Positions 32,783-42,829 of a stretch of 64,000 nucleotides of DNA are shown here, one piece after another. Under the pieces are notes generated by a model. It saw nothing but the letters and a program-made list of their open reading frames with translations. It made no database searches and was not told where the DNA came from. Source of the stretch: Deltaproteobacteria bacterium (GTDB lineage: Bacteria; Bdellovibrionota_C; UBA2361; SZUA-149; JADZAE01). Both the position numbers and the translations under genes were made by a program. The stretch spans positions 39,622 through 103,621 of the forward strand of contig JADZAE010000077.1 in the NCBI GenBank assembly GCA_020852715.1, read 5' to 3'. Every line of letters begins with the position of its first letter. Position 1 is the stretch's first letter.

Positions 32783-32845
32783 CCAGTGCCCCAGCAGACT
32801 GATAGATTTTCTCGCTGGTTTTCTCGCTGGTGCCCTGCACCAGCG
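32783..32845. repeat. REP-like palindromic repeat cluster D (ccagtgccccagcagactg 32783-32801; gctggtgccctgcaccagcg 32826-32845), plus short tandem repeats (ttttctcgctgg x2; gctctaggggt x2). Directly downstream of gcvP.
   Basis: Read directly. It probably also acts as the 3' hairpin of the gcv operon. Confidence 0.55.
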
Positions 32846-32865
32846 AAGCTCTAGGGGTCGAGGCT

Positions 32866-35715
32866 CTAGGGGTTGGTGACCTGCACCAACGTGCAGCAAA
32901 AGTGGCGGTCGCTGGAGACGGGGTCGATGCGGGAAACGGGGGGGAAGTAAGTTTTGTGTTTTAGGTATGGAAGCGGATAGGCTGCTTGTTCACGGCTGTA
33001 TGGGAACGGAAATTCGTTGACAATAAGGAGGTGCGCCGGGTGCGGAGCATTTTTTAGCGGACTATCGGCCGCCTTCACTCGACCACTTTCGATATCTGCA
33101 ATTTCCCCACGAATCGCTATCATCGCTGCTACGAAGCGATCAAGCTCTTCCCTGCTTTCACTCTCCGTAGGTTCAACCATCAGTGTCTCCACTACAGGGA
33201 ATGACACCGTAGGTGCATGAAATCCATAGTCCATCAGCCTTTTTGCTACATCAGTAACGTCAACACTAACGGTTTTTTTGAAATTTCGTAAATCTAATAT
33301 ACACTCATGGGCCACTAACCCCTTTTCCCCCTTGTAAAGAACAGGAAAATATTTTTCTAAACACGCCGCTACGTAGTTCGCATTCAATATAGCTACTGCC
33401 GTAGCCTGACTCAGACCCTCTCTTCCCATCATGCGAATATAAATCCACGGGATTGTCATTATGCTTGCCGAACCCCATGGGGCAGCCGACACGGTTCCCA
33501 TCGATTTCTCTCCCCCCACCTTCACCAACGGGTGACACGGCAAATATTTTGCTAAAATTTTCTTTGCTGCTATCGGCCCTACTCCCGGGCCTCCTCCACC
33601 ATGTGGAATAGCAAATGTCTTATGTAAATTAAGATGACAAACATCCGCGCCAAAATCCCCCGGACGACAATACCCAACTTGGGCATTCATATTTGCCCCA
33701 TCTAAATACACTAAACCCCCCGCATCATGTACCATTCGGCAAACTTTTTTTATTTCTCTCTCAAACACTCCATGTGTCGACGGATAAGTGATCATTATCG
33801 CCGCCACTTCCTCTTTGTATTGCCGCAACTTTTCCCCTAAATCACTAACATCTATATTACCGTCAATATCGCATTTTACATGCACAGTTTCTAATCCAGC
33901 CAAGCTTGCACTTGCCGGATTCGTTCCATGAGCCGACGCAGGAATCAAACATAGCGTTCTTTCTCGCTCTCCTCTATCTATAAAATAACTACGAATAAGC
34001 ATCAGCCCGGCATACTCCCCTTGCGACCCGGCATTTGGCTGTAGCGACACACAGTCCATCCCCGTAATTTCGGCTAAATAATTTTCTAATTGGCTAAATA
34101 ACTCCCCGTAACCCCTTGCCTGCTTCTCTGGCACAAATGGGTGAAGCGCAGCAAATTGCGGCCAGGATAAGGCAAGCATGGAAGCACTAGAATTTAACTT
34201 CATTGTGCACGAACCTAAGGCAATCATTGAATTAGCCAGCGAAATATCCTTATCTTGGAGCTGTCTCAAATATCTAAACACCTTTGTTTCGGAGTGGTAA
34301 CTATTAAACACTTCATTTGTTAAATAAGAACTCTGCCGCTTAAATTGCACCGGCATCTCAATCGGAGTCGCCAGACCGTCCAGCACATCCTTAACTTGAA
34401 TTTTATCGTCACCAAAGCATTGAATAATTGCAACTATATCTTCAGCTGTCATTGTTTCATCAGCAGATATATAAATAGCTGCCGAGCTATAACGAAAATT
34501 AATTTTCTTGCTCTCTGCCTGTGCTTTTATTTTCGCTAGCTGTTCTCCGCTCGCAGTAATCTGTAGAGTATCAAAAACAAACGAGTTGTTTTCTTTAAAA
34601 CCCAATCCGACTAACCGTTCTTTAATAAACTGTGCGATATTATATAATCGCTCTGCTATTTTCTTTATCCCCTCCGGGCCATGATAAACAGCATACATCG
34701 CTGCCAAAATGGCCAACAAAACTTGTGCTGTGCAAATATTGCTCGTCGCCCGTTCACGACGTATATGTTGCTCTCGCGTTTGTAGCGCCAAACGAAATGC
34801 TCTCGCCCCTTGCGCATCTTGCGCCAATCCCACCATACGGCCCGGCATCTCGCGCGCCAATTCTCCGCGCACAGCCATAAATCCCGCATGCGGACCACCA
34901 AATCCCATGGGCACACCAAAACGCTGCGCGCTTCCCACAGCCATATCTGCGCCCCACTCAGCCGGCGCCTTCAACATGCTAAGCGCCAGTATGTCGCAAG
35001 CACATGTGACCAGTATATTTTTCGCAGCAGCCTTTTTGCATAGCTCGGCATAGTCATTTACCTTCCCATCGCCGTCAGGATAAGAAACAAGAAGACCAAA
35101 CACCTCCTCATCAAAATAGGTATCTGTTAAGCTTGTTTCAATAACTTCAATTCCTAACCCGAAAGCCCTTGTTTTAACTACTGCTACTGTCTGGGGAAAA
35201 TGCTGTCCAACCAGCAAAAACCGTTTTCTATTTCCCGTGGCCACCCGATAGCATAAGGCCATCGCCTCTGCCGCTGCCGTTGCTTCATCCAACAAAGAAG
35301 CATTACTAATCGGAAAACCTGTCAGATCAGAAATCATCGTTTGAAAAACAAACAACGCTTCCAATCGTCCTTGCGAAATCTCCGCCTGGTAAGGCGTATA
35401 ATGCGTATACCAAGCAGGGTTTTCCAAAATATTTCGTTGTATTACTGCCGGCAGTATAGTTCCATAATAGCCTTGCCCAATGTAACTTCTCCAAAGTTCA
35501 TTTTTATCAGCTAATTTTCTTAATTCAGTCAAGGCTTCCTGTTCGCTAAGTCTTGCCGGCAATGATATTTCTTTGGTTAGGCGAATTTCCGCGGGAACAG
35601 TCCTATCGATCAACTCCTCTAAGCTAGCTAGGCCGAGAGTTTTCAACATCTGATCAATTTCTTTTTTATCGGGTCCCAAGTGCCGAGAAGAAAAGTCCGG
35701 TAAAAAATTACCCAT
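32866..35715 (-). CDS. gcvP: Glycine dehydrogenase (decarboxylating), single-chain P-protein of the glycine cleavage system.
   Basis: 949 aa. N-terminus FSSRHLGPDKKEIDQML. PLP-dependent core. Intact. Confidence 0.95.
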   Translation of the reverse strand: MGNFLPDFSSRHLGPDKKEIDQMLKTLGLASLEELIDRTVPAEIRLTKEISLPARLSEQEALTELRKLADKNELWRSYIGQGYYGTILPAVIQRNILENPAWYTHYTPYQAEISQGRLEALFVFQTMISDLTGFPISNASLLDEATAAAEAMALCYRVATGNRKRFLLVGQHFPQTVAVVKTRAFGLGIEVIETSLTDTYFDEEVFGLLVSYPDGDGKVNDYAELCKKAAAKNILVTCACDILALSMLKAPAEWGADMAVGSAQRFGVPMGFGGPHAGFMAVRGELAREMPGRMVGLAQDAQGARAFRLALQTREQHIRRERATSNICTAQVLLAILAAMYAVYHGPEGIKKIAERLYNIAQFIKERLVGLGFKENNSFVFDTLQITASGEQLAKIKAQAESKKINFRYSSAAIYISADETMTAEDIVAIIQCFGDDKIQVKDVLDGLATPIEMPVQFKRQSSYLTNEVFNSYHSETKVFRYLRQLQDKDISLANSMIALGSCTMKLNSSASMLALSWPQFAALHPFVPEKQARGYGELFSQLENYLAEITGMDCVSLQPNAGSQGEYAGLMLIRSYFIDRGERERTLCLIPASAHGTNPASASLAGLETVHVKCDIDGNIDVSDLGEKLRQYKEEVAAIMITYPSTHGVFEREIKKVCRMVHDAGGLVYLDGANMNAQVGYCRPGDFGADVCHLNLHKTFAIPHGGGGPGVGPIAAKKILAKYLPCHPLVKVGGEKSMGTVSAAPWGSASIMTIPWIYIRMMGREGLSQATAVAILNANYVAACLEKYFPVLYKGEKGLVAHECILDLRNFKKTVSVDVTDVAKRLMDYGFHAPTVSFPVVETLMVEPTESESREELDRFVAAMIAIRGEIADIESGRVKAADSPLKNAPHPAHLLIVNEFPFPYSREQAAYPLPYLKHKTYFPPVSRIDPVSSDRHFCCTLVQVTNP

Positions 35716-35776
35716 GGCTACACCTTTATGATATTAACAAAGGCATAAATAAAAACGCAATTCTCAAACTACAAAA

Positions 35777-36160
35777 TCACAATCCAGCGATATAATCTTC
35801 ATAAGCTGATGCCTCCATCATTTCCGACACCTGCCCGATATCAGCTGCCTTGATTATCACCACCCAGCCCCCTTCATATGGATCCTTGTTCACCAACTCC
35901 GGCTGTGCTGACAAAGCGGTATTGACAGCAACCACTACCCCATCAACCGGAGCAAAAATATCACTCACAGCTTTCACTGACTCCACAGTCATAAAAGACT
36001 CGCCACGTTTAATCTGTTTACCAACCTGCGGCAAATCAACATAGACCACATCTCCTAACTCTTTTTGCGCATAATCGGAGATCCCCAAACGATAATCCTC
36101 GCCGGCCGTCACTAACCATTCATGTTCTTTTGCAAACTTATATCCCGCTAAATTAGCCAT
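35777..36160 (-). CDS. gcvH: Glycine cleavage system H protein (lipoyl carrier).
   Basis: 127 aa. ...MTVESVKAVSDIFAPVDG... around the lipoyl-Lys region. Confidence 0.93.
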   Translation of the reverse strand: MANLAGYKFAKEHEWLVTAGEDYRLGISDYAQKELGDVVYVDLPQVGKQIKRGESFMTVESVKAVSDIFAPVDGVVVAVNTALSAQPELVNKDPYEGGWVVIIKAADIGQVSEMMEASAYEDYIAGL

Positions 36161-36162
36161 AC

Positions 36163-37275
36163 CTACTTCCCTCTTTTATAAAATGGTTTTTTAATTACCT
36201 CGGCAAGCAACTGCTTATCACGCACCTGTGCATAAACTTTTGTCCCGAAATTGGCAAACTCACTTTCCAGAAAAGCTAAAGCAAGGGCCTTTCCTATGGT
36301 TGGGCACATAGTCCCGCTAGCCACCCAACCGATCTCCCTACCGTCCCGGTATATTCTAGTTTCAGCTCTAACAATTCCAGGATCCTTAACTTCTATTCCT
36401 ACTAAACAATATTTAGTCCCATTTTCTTTGGCTTGAATAATCGCTCGCTTACCAATGAAATTCTCTTTGCTTTGTGCTATTGCCCATCCCTGCCCGGAAC
36501 TGATGGCATTAATATCAGTACGTAACTCATGCCCATGAAGCGGGTAACATGCTTCAAGACGCAGAGTATCACGCGCTCCTAACCCAATCGGTAAAAGCCC
36601 ATAACTTTTCCCGACCGCCAGAATCCCTCGCCACAGCTCGACTACTGTTTCTATAGGGCAATATATTTCGAATCCATCTTCCCCGGTATAGCCAGTAGTA
36701 GCGATTATTAGGTCATTATTTTTTTGTCTAAGAATCTTGACTCTAAATGGTGGCCACGCATCAGCAGCTAGCTGCTCCGGCGAAAATGATAAATAATCAG
36801 CTAGTATCCTGCGTGCACATGGCCCTTGAATGGCTATTTGACCATAGCGTGCAGAGTGATTTTCTACCGCCACAGAAAAACGAATGGCCTGCGCATTCAA
36901 CCATTGATCATCGATCCGAACATTGGAGGCATTAACGCATAAAAAATAGTCATCTCCGCTTAGCTGATAGACAATGACATCATCGATCACTCCCCCTTCT
37001 TCATTTAAAAACATCCCGTAAATAGCTTGCCCTGAAACAATCTTACCTATGTCGTTAGAAAATACCTCCTGCAAAAAGACTAAAGCATCTTTGCCATGCA
37101 CTCGTATTTGGCCCATATGGCTAACATCAAACAACCCTGCAGCTGATCGCACAGCTTTATGCTCTTCCAAGATCCCACTGTATTGCATCGGCATCTCCCA
37201 TTGTCCAAAGGGCACGAAGCGCGCGCCTAGAGCTTTATGTTCCTCATATAATGGGGTTCTCATTAACTCTGACAT
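36163..37275 (-). CDS. gcvT: Aminomethyltransferase (glycine cleavage T protein).
   Basis: 370 aa. TPLYEEHKALGARFVPFGQWEMPMQY... Confidence 0.93.
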   Translation of the reverse strand: MSELMRTPLYEEHKALGARFVPFGQWEMPMQYSGILEEHKAVRSAAGLFDVSHMGQIRVHGKDALVFLQEVFSNDIGKIVSGQAIYGMFLNEEGGVIDDVIVYQLSGDDYFLCVNASNVRIDDQWLNAQAIRFSVAVENHSARYGQIAIQGPCARRILADYLSFSPEQLAADAWPPFRVKILRQKNNDLIIATTGYTGEDGFEIYCPIETVVELWRGILAVGKSYGLLPIGLGARDTLRLEACYPLHGHELRTDINAISSGQGWAIAQSKENFIGKRAIIQAKENGTKYCLVGIEVKDPGIVRAETRIYRDGREIGWVASGTMCPTIGKALALAFLESEFANFGTKVYAQVRDKQLLAEVIKKPFYKRGK

Positions 37276-37281
37276 CTTACT

Positions 37282-38148
37282 CTATTGGTTCCCTGCTGCA
37301 ATCAAAGTGTTCTTAATTAACATGGCAATAGTCATTGGGCCAACTCCTCCCGGCACCGGCGTAATTGCCGCCGCTTTCTCTTTAACTTCATCGAAATCCA
37401 CATCGCCAATCAGCTTTCCATCAGCTGAGCGATTTATGCCGACATCAATAACCACGGCATTTGTCTTGATAAAATCTTTTTTTATCAGCTTTGGCATGCC
37501 AACCGCAGCCACAACAATATCACTATGAACACACGCAGCTTTTAAATTTTCAGTTTTAGAATGGCAAAGTGTAACCGTACAATTTTCTTGGGTCAGTAGC
37601 ATAGCCACCGGCTTACCTACTAAACTTGATCTACCAATCACCGTCGCGCTTAAACCGCTAAGATTATCATCACGATATAACTCCCTTCTCGCATCTTTAA
37701 TAAGTTCGATGATTCCCAACGGCGTGCAGGGGACAAGACGCGCCTGACCTCTAAACAACAACCCTTGATTATATGGGTTAAGACCATCAACATCTTTCGC
37801 CGGGGCAATAGACAAAATAGCCGACAACTCATCGAGATGTTTAGGCAAAGGTAACTGCAACAAAATACCGTCAACGTGCTTATCAATACTCAAGGCTTTT
37901 AATGAAATTTCCAAATCGGGCTGTGTTACATCTTCGGGTAGACGCAGATCTTCGACAGCTAAACCACAGGCACGCGCACGTTTGGTCTTACTGGCCACAT
38001 ATACTTCGCTTGCCGGATTATTACCAACAAGCACAACACGCAGCGAAGGCATTCGTCCAATGCGAGAGTGAATTTCTGCAGCTTGCTCGCTTAACTCCAG
38101 CTCAATATTTGCAGATAGCTCTTTTCCGTTAATTATTAGAGCAGACAT
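37282..38148 (-). CDS. folD: Bifunctional methylenetetrahydrofolate dehydrogenase/cyclohydrolase.
   Basis: 288 aa. ...VGNNPASEVYVASK..., PVPGGVGPMTIAML. Confidence 0.93.
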   Translation of the reverse strand: MSALIINGKELSANIELELSEQAAEIHSRIGRMPSLRVVLVGNNPASEVYVASKTKRARACGLAVEDLRLPEDVTQPDLEISLKALSIDKHVDGILLQLPLPKHLDELSAILSIAPAKDVDGLNPYNQGLLFRGQARLVPCTPLGIIELIKDARRELYRDDNLSGLSATVIGRSSLVGKPVAMLLTQENCTVTLCHSKTENLKAACVHSDIVVAAVGMPKLIKKDFIKTNAVVIDVGINRSADGKLIGDVDFDEVKEKAAAITPVPGGVGPMTIAMLIKNTLIAAGNQ

Positions 38149-38184
38149 AGAATTCTCCTATCTCCGCCAATAACCGTTAGTGCG

Positions 38185-38475
38185 TTACTTTTGATTGGCT
38201 GCAACTGCTTGGATTTGTTTTCGCCTAACCATTACCGGAGTGTTAATAATCAATGCTGTACTACCGTCTTTTCTTTCCCACTGAATATCCAAATTAGCCT
38301 GATTAGTCTCAAAGTAGATTGCTATCACTTTCATCAAATCATTGCGAAATTTGTCCATCTCTTGCGAAGAAAGGCCGCTTCTATCTTGAATCAAAACCAT
38401 CTGCAGACGGTTCTTCGCTAATTGATTAGTAAATGCATGGTCACCGAAAAGTTTATTTACAAAATTCTTAAACAC
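38185..38475 (-). CDS. minE: Cell division topological specificity factor MinE.
   Basis: 96 aa. N-terminal MFKNFVNKLFG amphipathic helix. Follows minD. Confidence 0.88.
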   Translation of the reverse strand: MFKNFVNKLFGDHAFTNQLAKNRLQMVLIQDRSGLSSQEMDKFRNDLMKVIAIYFETNQANLDIQWERKDGSTALIINTPVMVRRKQIQAVAANQK

Positions 38476-38536
38476 TGTCTTCTCTCTTCAATTTTGGGTT
38501 TTTGTTTTCTGCTCTTTGCTCATTGTCCAAGCGCAA

Positions 38537-39358
38537 CTAGGCAGCACGCAGTTTCTTACCTAACTTAGCCCAAAGGCTGGTGCCAATATCCAAATCTTCA
38601 ATGGGCACATCCATTCCGCAAATGCGATCAGCAATTTGCAAAAACGCCTTGCCCGCTTTGGACTTGGTATTATAAACAACGAGATCACCAGCATTAGCCG
38701 AAATGACCACATCGTTATCACGAAAAATCATGCCAATTTGTTCAATTCCTAATATTTCGATCACATCCTGAGGAGAAAGCATATCTCCACGACGCACCAT
38801 ATCCCGATCAACACGATTAATCATCATACGTGTTTCTAAAGATGAAGCTGCTAAAAGCCCAATCACACGATCAGCATCGCGAACCGCCGATACTTCTGGA
38901 GTAGTCACCACTATCGCCTCATCCGCTGCCGCACAGGCATTTCTAAAGCCCTGCTCAATTCCAGCCGGACAATCAATTAAAATAAAATTATATTCGGCCT
39001 TATATTTATTGACCAATTCTTTCATCTCTTCTGGTGTTACCACATTCTTATCATCAGTCTGCGATGCCGGTAACAAAAAAAGATTATTTGATTTCTTGCT
39101 TTTAATAACAGCTTGCTGCGGTTTACAAACACCCTTGATCGCATCCACCAGGTTAAAGACGATGCGGTTTTCTAAGCCCATAATCACGTCTAGATTTCTC
39201 AAACCGATATCAGCGTCAATCACTAGAACTTTTTTATTACGCACGGCTAAGGCTGCACCTAAATTGGCAGCCGTCGTAGTTTTCCCCACGCCACCCTTAC
39301 CTGAAGTTATTACAAACACTTTCGCTGTCATGAATTTACTTACCTCGCTATTACACAC
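38537..39358 (-). CDS. minD: Septum site-determining ATPase MinD.
   Basis: VITSGKGGVGKTTTAANLG deviant Walker A. 273 aa. Confidence 0.95.
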   Translation of the reverse strand: MCNSEVSKFMTAKVFVITSGKGGVGKTTTAANLGAALAVRNKKVLVIDADIGLRNLDVIMGLENRIVFNLVDAIKGVCKPQQAVIKSKKSNNLFLLPASQTDDKNVVTPEEMKELVNKYKAEYNFILIDCPAGIEQGFRNACAAADEAIVVTTPEVSAVRDADRVIGLLAASSLETRMMINRVDRDMVRRGDMLSPQDVIEILGIEQIGMIFRDNDVVISANAGDLVVYNTKSKAGKAFLQIADRICGMDVPIEDLDIGTSLWAKLGKKLRAA

Positions 39359-39364
39359 ACCACA

Positions 39365-40309
39365 TTAACGGGATCTTTTAACTAAACTTAAAACTGATGT
39401 TCGCGGATTGAAGGACTCAACAATTATGCGTCGATCATCGATACGTGCTATCTCCGGCCCATGCACCGGCTCGCCACTGCCACGCGAAATCACCGAACCA
39501 ATTCTCAACTGCATCGGCTGCATACGGTGAGCAATAATCACACGATTCACACCCTCGTCATCATAAGCCGAGGCGTGAGCAGTGCCGCGTAATGCCCCTA
39601 ATACTATGATATCACCGCCGGCAATCAAATCAGCACCCGGGTTAACATCACCGACGACTACCAAACTAAAAGGACTCTCCAACTTCTGTCCTGAGCGTAA
39701 AGTCCCATAATAAATACGGGCATTGGCATCTTCTTCGAACAATAAATCTTCGCCCAGAGACTGGGAAATCTGGTCAAAATAAGATTTTGTATTTACTTTG
39801 TTATTTATGTCTGCTTGAGCAGCGAAGCTTTTTGTAGACACTTCTGATTTCTTTGGTCGGAGGCTAAATGGCTTCAGATTTGACTCTGATCCTGAAACCA
39901 ACTGTTCGATTTGATCGGCTAAAGAATTTGCTGAAACTCTTGTCTGCACGCCTGGAGGAGGCTTGATCGCCTTTAGACGTGACTCGCGCTTTCTGCGCGG
40001 CGTGATCTCGATATCATAGCTATTTTTTAAAAGCTCTTCGAGTTCCTTACCTTGCTCCGTAGTTGGTAAACGATCAAGCCACTCAATTGAAACCTTAGCT
40101 CCACTTAAAAATGTTTTTCTCTCCGCTAGAAAAGGTTTTAACTCCGCTAAAATATTTTCCCACTCGGCACGTCCATCAATGCGCAAGACCACACCATCTT
40201 CTGTGCCGGTAGCATTAATTAAGCGCCCGTGATGTAAATCCCCACGCGCAGCTAAAGCAGAAACATCAGCGATATTTTCCGAACCATCATTATGTTGATC
40301 TTCACGCAT
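39365..40309 (-). CDS. minC: Septum site-determining protein MinC.
   Basis: 314 aa. C-terminal beta-helix region ...LVVVGDVNPGADLIAGGDIIVLGALRG... Confidence 0.88.
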   Translation of the reverse strand: MREDQHNDGSENIADVSALAARGDLHHGRLINATGTEDGVVLRIDGRAEWENILAELKPFLAERKTFLSGAKVSIEWLDRLPTTEQGKELEELLKNSYDIEITPRRKRESRLKAIKPPPGVQTRVSANSLADQIEQLVSGSESNLKPFSLRPKKSEVSTKSFAAQADINNKVNTKSYFDQISQSLGEDLLFEEDANARIYYGTLRSGQKLESPFSLVVVGDVNPGADLIAGGDIIVLGALRGTAHASAYDDEGVNRVIIAHRMQPMQLRIGSVISRGSGEPVHGPEIARIDDRRIIVESFNPRTSVLSLVKRSR

Positions 40310-40519
40310 AGCACTTCCAATTTTTATTTATTATCGTTAAGCTGTACTGAACGAAAATTACACACAAAGAACTAGCCAAAGGAGAGATGATTGGCTCTAA
40401 GTTTAAATTGTTTGTAGCAAGATGAACTATTGGCCGTCAATTAAAGATTAGTCTACCTTTTATATTAGGACTTTCCGACGAGCATTACCACATGAGATTA
40501 GTGATAAATTATTATTGGG

Positions 40520-40547
40520 ATAAAAAAGCCGAGCGTTAACTCGGCTG
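40520..40547 (-). terminator. Rho-independent terminator for the 40536..41621 gene (agccgag-ttaacg-ctcggct + T-run on the minus strand).
   Basis: 7-bp stem overlapping the stop codon, followed by a TTTTTT run (minus strand). Confidence 0.65.
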
Positions 40548-41621
40548 AAAGATACAAACGTTTTGTGTAACTTCGATAAGCTTTTTGAGCCTATCAAGAG
40601 TCATTAGGCGTTTAGGAAGACAAGTTATTTCTTCTTCCGTCAAACTTCCTAAAACAATCCTCTGGTCAAACAGCTCCCCCATGCGCTCAAGGGCAATATC
40701 CACCAACGGATCTTCCCTGTCCAAAGCCCTTATAGCCTCAGCCACTGACACACAATCGGTTGCTGACGAAATCTGCTTAGATACCTTCTCGCGTATCTTT
40801 TTCTTAAGCAGCTTTGCCGCCTCCAAATCACTAGCTAGCTCTTGTTGCCAACTACGCAGCGTGCTCAATGCCCCATCCCCAAGACAGACTTCTTGGATAA
40901 TCTGACTTACTTTGTTTTGCCAGGTTTCCATGCTGGAAAGCTCTGGCCGTAAGTAAGGCCGAACGCTCAAGATCTCTTTGATTCCCACCGCCGCCTTGAT
41001 CCTTTCGTCTAAGATACGATCAAGTAAACAAAGAGCGTCTGCCTTTATTTTTGATCCAGTGCTAGCCAAAGCATAAGCCTTGCTAACTTGATCCAGGTTT
41101 TCCCCTTCCAGCATCTTCCTAGCAAAGTAATCGCAACGACGAGCTTTTGCAAATTCGATGACACTTGTAGAGCACTTTAACCCTTCCAGGCGACCTTTCA
41201 TTTCCAGATAGCTCTTGGCTGACTGGATGATCGTCAATATCTCATGTACCAGTTCACGTTGCATTAAACACAAACTTCCCGAATAAAATTGCGGGGGCTG
41301 ACTATAAAGCAAAGCATATAACCTGTCTAAATAACCCAGGTCATATCTTTGCTCAATAAGCTCCGAAACAAGATCCTCTACTCGCTTTGCCGTAAGCTTT
41401 CTCAAGGCATCGTTTTCCAGATGCTCGGCGCAATCAATCACCGCCTCCACTGTTTCTGCCTGTTCCACACAGAACTGAAACAATACTTGCTGCACTTCAA
41501 TGGGAAGATCCTCTTTGCTAACATCAGAAGGATCAATTCTCACAGAGCGCGCACCAGTGAAAGCAATCAAGACATTAACCGGCAAGCGCAACAAACCGGC
41601 CAACTTATCTAAGTCACACAT
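40536..41621 (-). CDS. Hypothetical alpha-helical protein (361 aa).
   Basis: Intact ORF with its own terminator. No domain I recognise. Confidence 0.55.
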   Translation of the reverse strand: MCDLDKLAGLLRLPVNVLIAFTGARSVRIDPSDVSKEDLPIEVQQVLFQFCVEQAETVEAVIDCAEHLENDALRKLTAKRVEDLVSELIEQRYDLGYLDRLYALLYSQPPQFYSGSLCLMQRELVHEILTIIQSAKSYLEMKGRLEGLKCSTSVIEFAKARRCDYFARKMLEGENLDQVSKAYALASTGSKIKADALCLLDRILDERIKAAVGIKEILSVRPYLRPELSSMETWQNKVSQIIQEVCLGDGALSTLRSWQQELASDLEAAKLLKKKIREKVSKQISSATDCVSVAEAIRALDREDPLVDIALERMGELFDQRIVLGSLTEEEITCLPKRLMTLDRLKKLIEVTQNVCIFQPS

Positions 41622-42183
41622 ACAACCTCCAACGTTTTAGACCCGCCGGTCATCATTGCTACCAGCAATGCTGGTAAAAACCTCAAGGCATAAAAATATC
41701 ATAGGCGCCATTGATATGCAAACAGTTGCCCAAAATAACCGGCTATTATTGCACCTAGCTGTGCACTATTAGGAATGTTCCGGCACAATAAATCAACTTA
41801 AAGAGCTACGTATTGGAAATTTTTAGGTCAGTGGAGTTGCTAAGCCTTACGCCCGAGTAGTGGAGTTTACTAGCTGTAAATGAGCAGTTTCTCTGTGGTC
41901 ATGAGGTTTAGCTAGTCTGGCTACGATTTTGAGGGGAAGACGAGGAAAGCGAGCGGCGAGCACCAATCGGAAGCGCAAAGGGGCTTTCGGCAGTATTGGT
42001 TTTCATGTCCAGTGCCCCTTGTCTAGCAGAACAATATTTTGGTTAAGTGTAGTGAACTACATGCGGAGCGGAGCCGCGATGGTTGACGAAGTATTTACCC
42101 AAAAGCGTTCTCAGATAGAAGTAAATAAGCAGCGCAGGGCCGAAAGTTGACAAAGTATCTGCCCAAAATCGCTCGCTTCCGTC

Positions 42184-42705
42184 CTAGATGTGGCAGATTT
42201 TAGAAAGCTCAGCCTTAATCGAATCTTCCGGACAAGCCTTGGCAATAGACATTTCTTTCACCAAAAGGCCTTGAGCCGTATCCAGCATCTTGCGCTCGCC
42301 AAAAGAAAGCTCTTTGTCGGATTTCAGAACAGAAAGATCACGAATTACTTTAGCTATCTCAAAAACAGAACCTGTTTTAATTTTCTGAGTATATTCGCGA
42401 TAACGACGATTCCAGGTCTGATTATCGATGATAATGTCGCGATCACGCAGAATATCATAAACTTTTTCTGCGGTTTTAGCGTCAACGATCTTTCTTAAAC
42501 CGACGTTTTCAACTTGATGAACAGGAACCATGATCTTCATTCCTGTCTCGATAACTGTAAGCATATAAAAACTCTGCTCTGAGCCAGAGACTTTACGCGA
42601 TTGAACGGCATCAACTATGCAAACTCCTTGGGCAGGATAAACGACCTTATCTCCGACCCTAAAATTAGCGTTATTTGCGTCAAGTTTCTTTGCTGCTATA
42701 GCCAT
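42184..42705 (-). CDS. carD: CarD/CdnL-family RNA-polymerase-binding transcription factor.
   Basis: FRVGDKVVYPAQGVCIVDAV... (RNAP-interacting Tudor-like N-domain). 173 aa. Confidence 0.85.
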   Translation of the reverse strand: MAIAAKKLDANNANFRVGDKVVYPAQGVCIVDAVQSRKVSGSEQSFYMLTVIETGMKIMVPVHQVENVGLRKIVDAKTAEKVYDILRDRDIIIDNQTWNRRYREYTQKIKTGSVFEIAKVIRDLSVLKSDKELSFGERKMLDTAQGLLVKEMSIAKACPEDSIKAELSKICHI

Positions 42706-42829
42706 TTTAGTTTTTAACCTGGTTAATTCGTTTATAATAAAGCACTTTTATGGACGAGGCGCGGGAAGATAACACAAATACTGTAAAATGGCAAATAACC
42801 GATTACTTTACTGACATTATTGCCAATTT

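Noticed and set aside
32873-32896. Additional REP-like unit ggtgacctgcaccaacgtgcag
   Set aside because: It lies inside the gcvP coding sequence (encodes ...CCTLVQVTNP). The similarity to the REP consensus is probably coincidental codon usage.
34630-35060. Cluster of overlapping ORFs on both strands inside gcvP (ORFs at 34632-35053)
   Set aside because: This is a locally GC-rich, stop-poor part of the conserved GcvP PLP-binding core. The antisense and alternative-frame ORFs are artefacts of composition, not separate genes.
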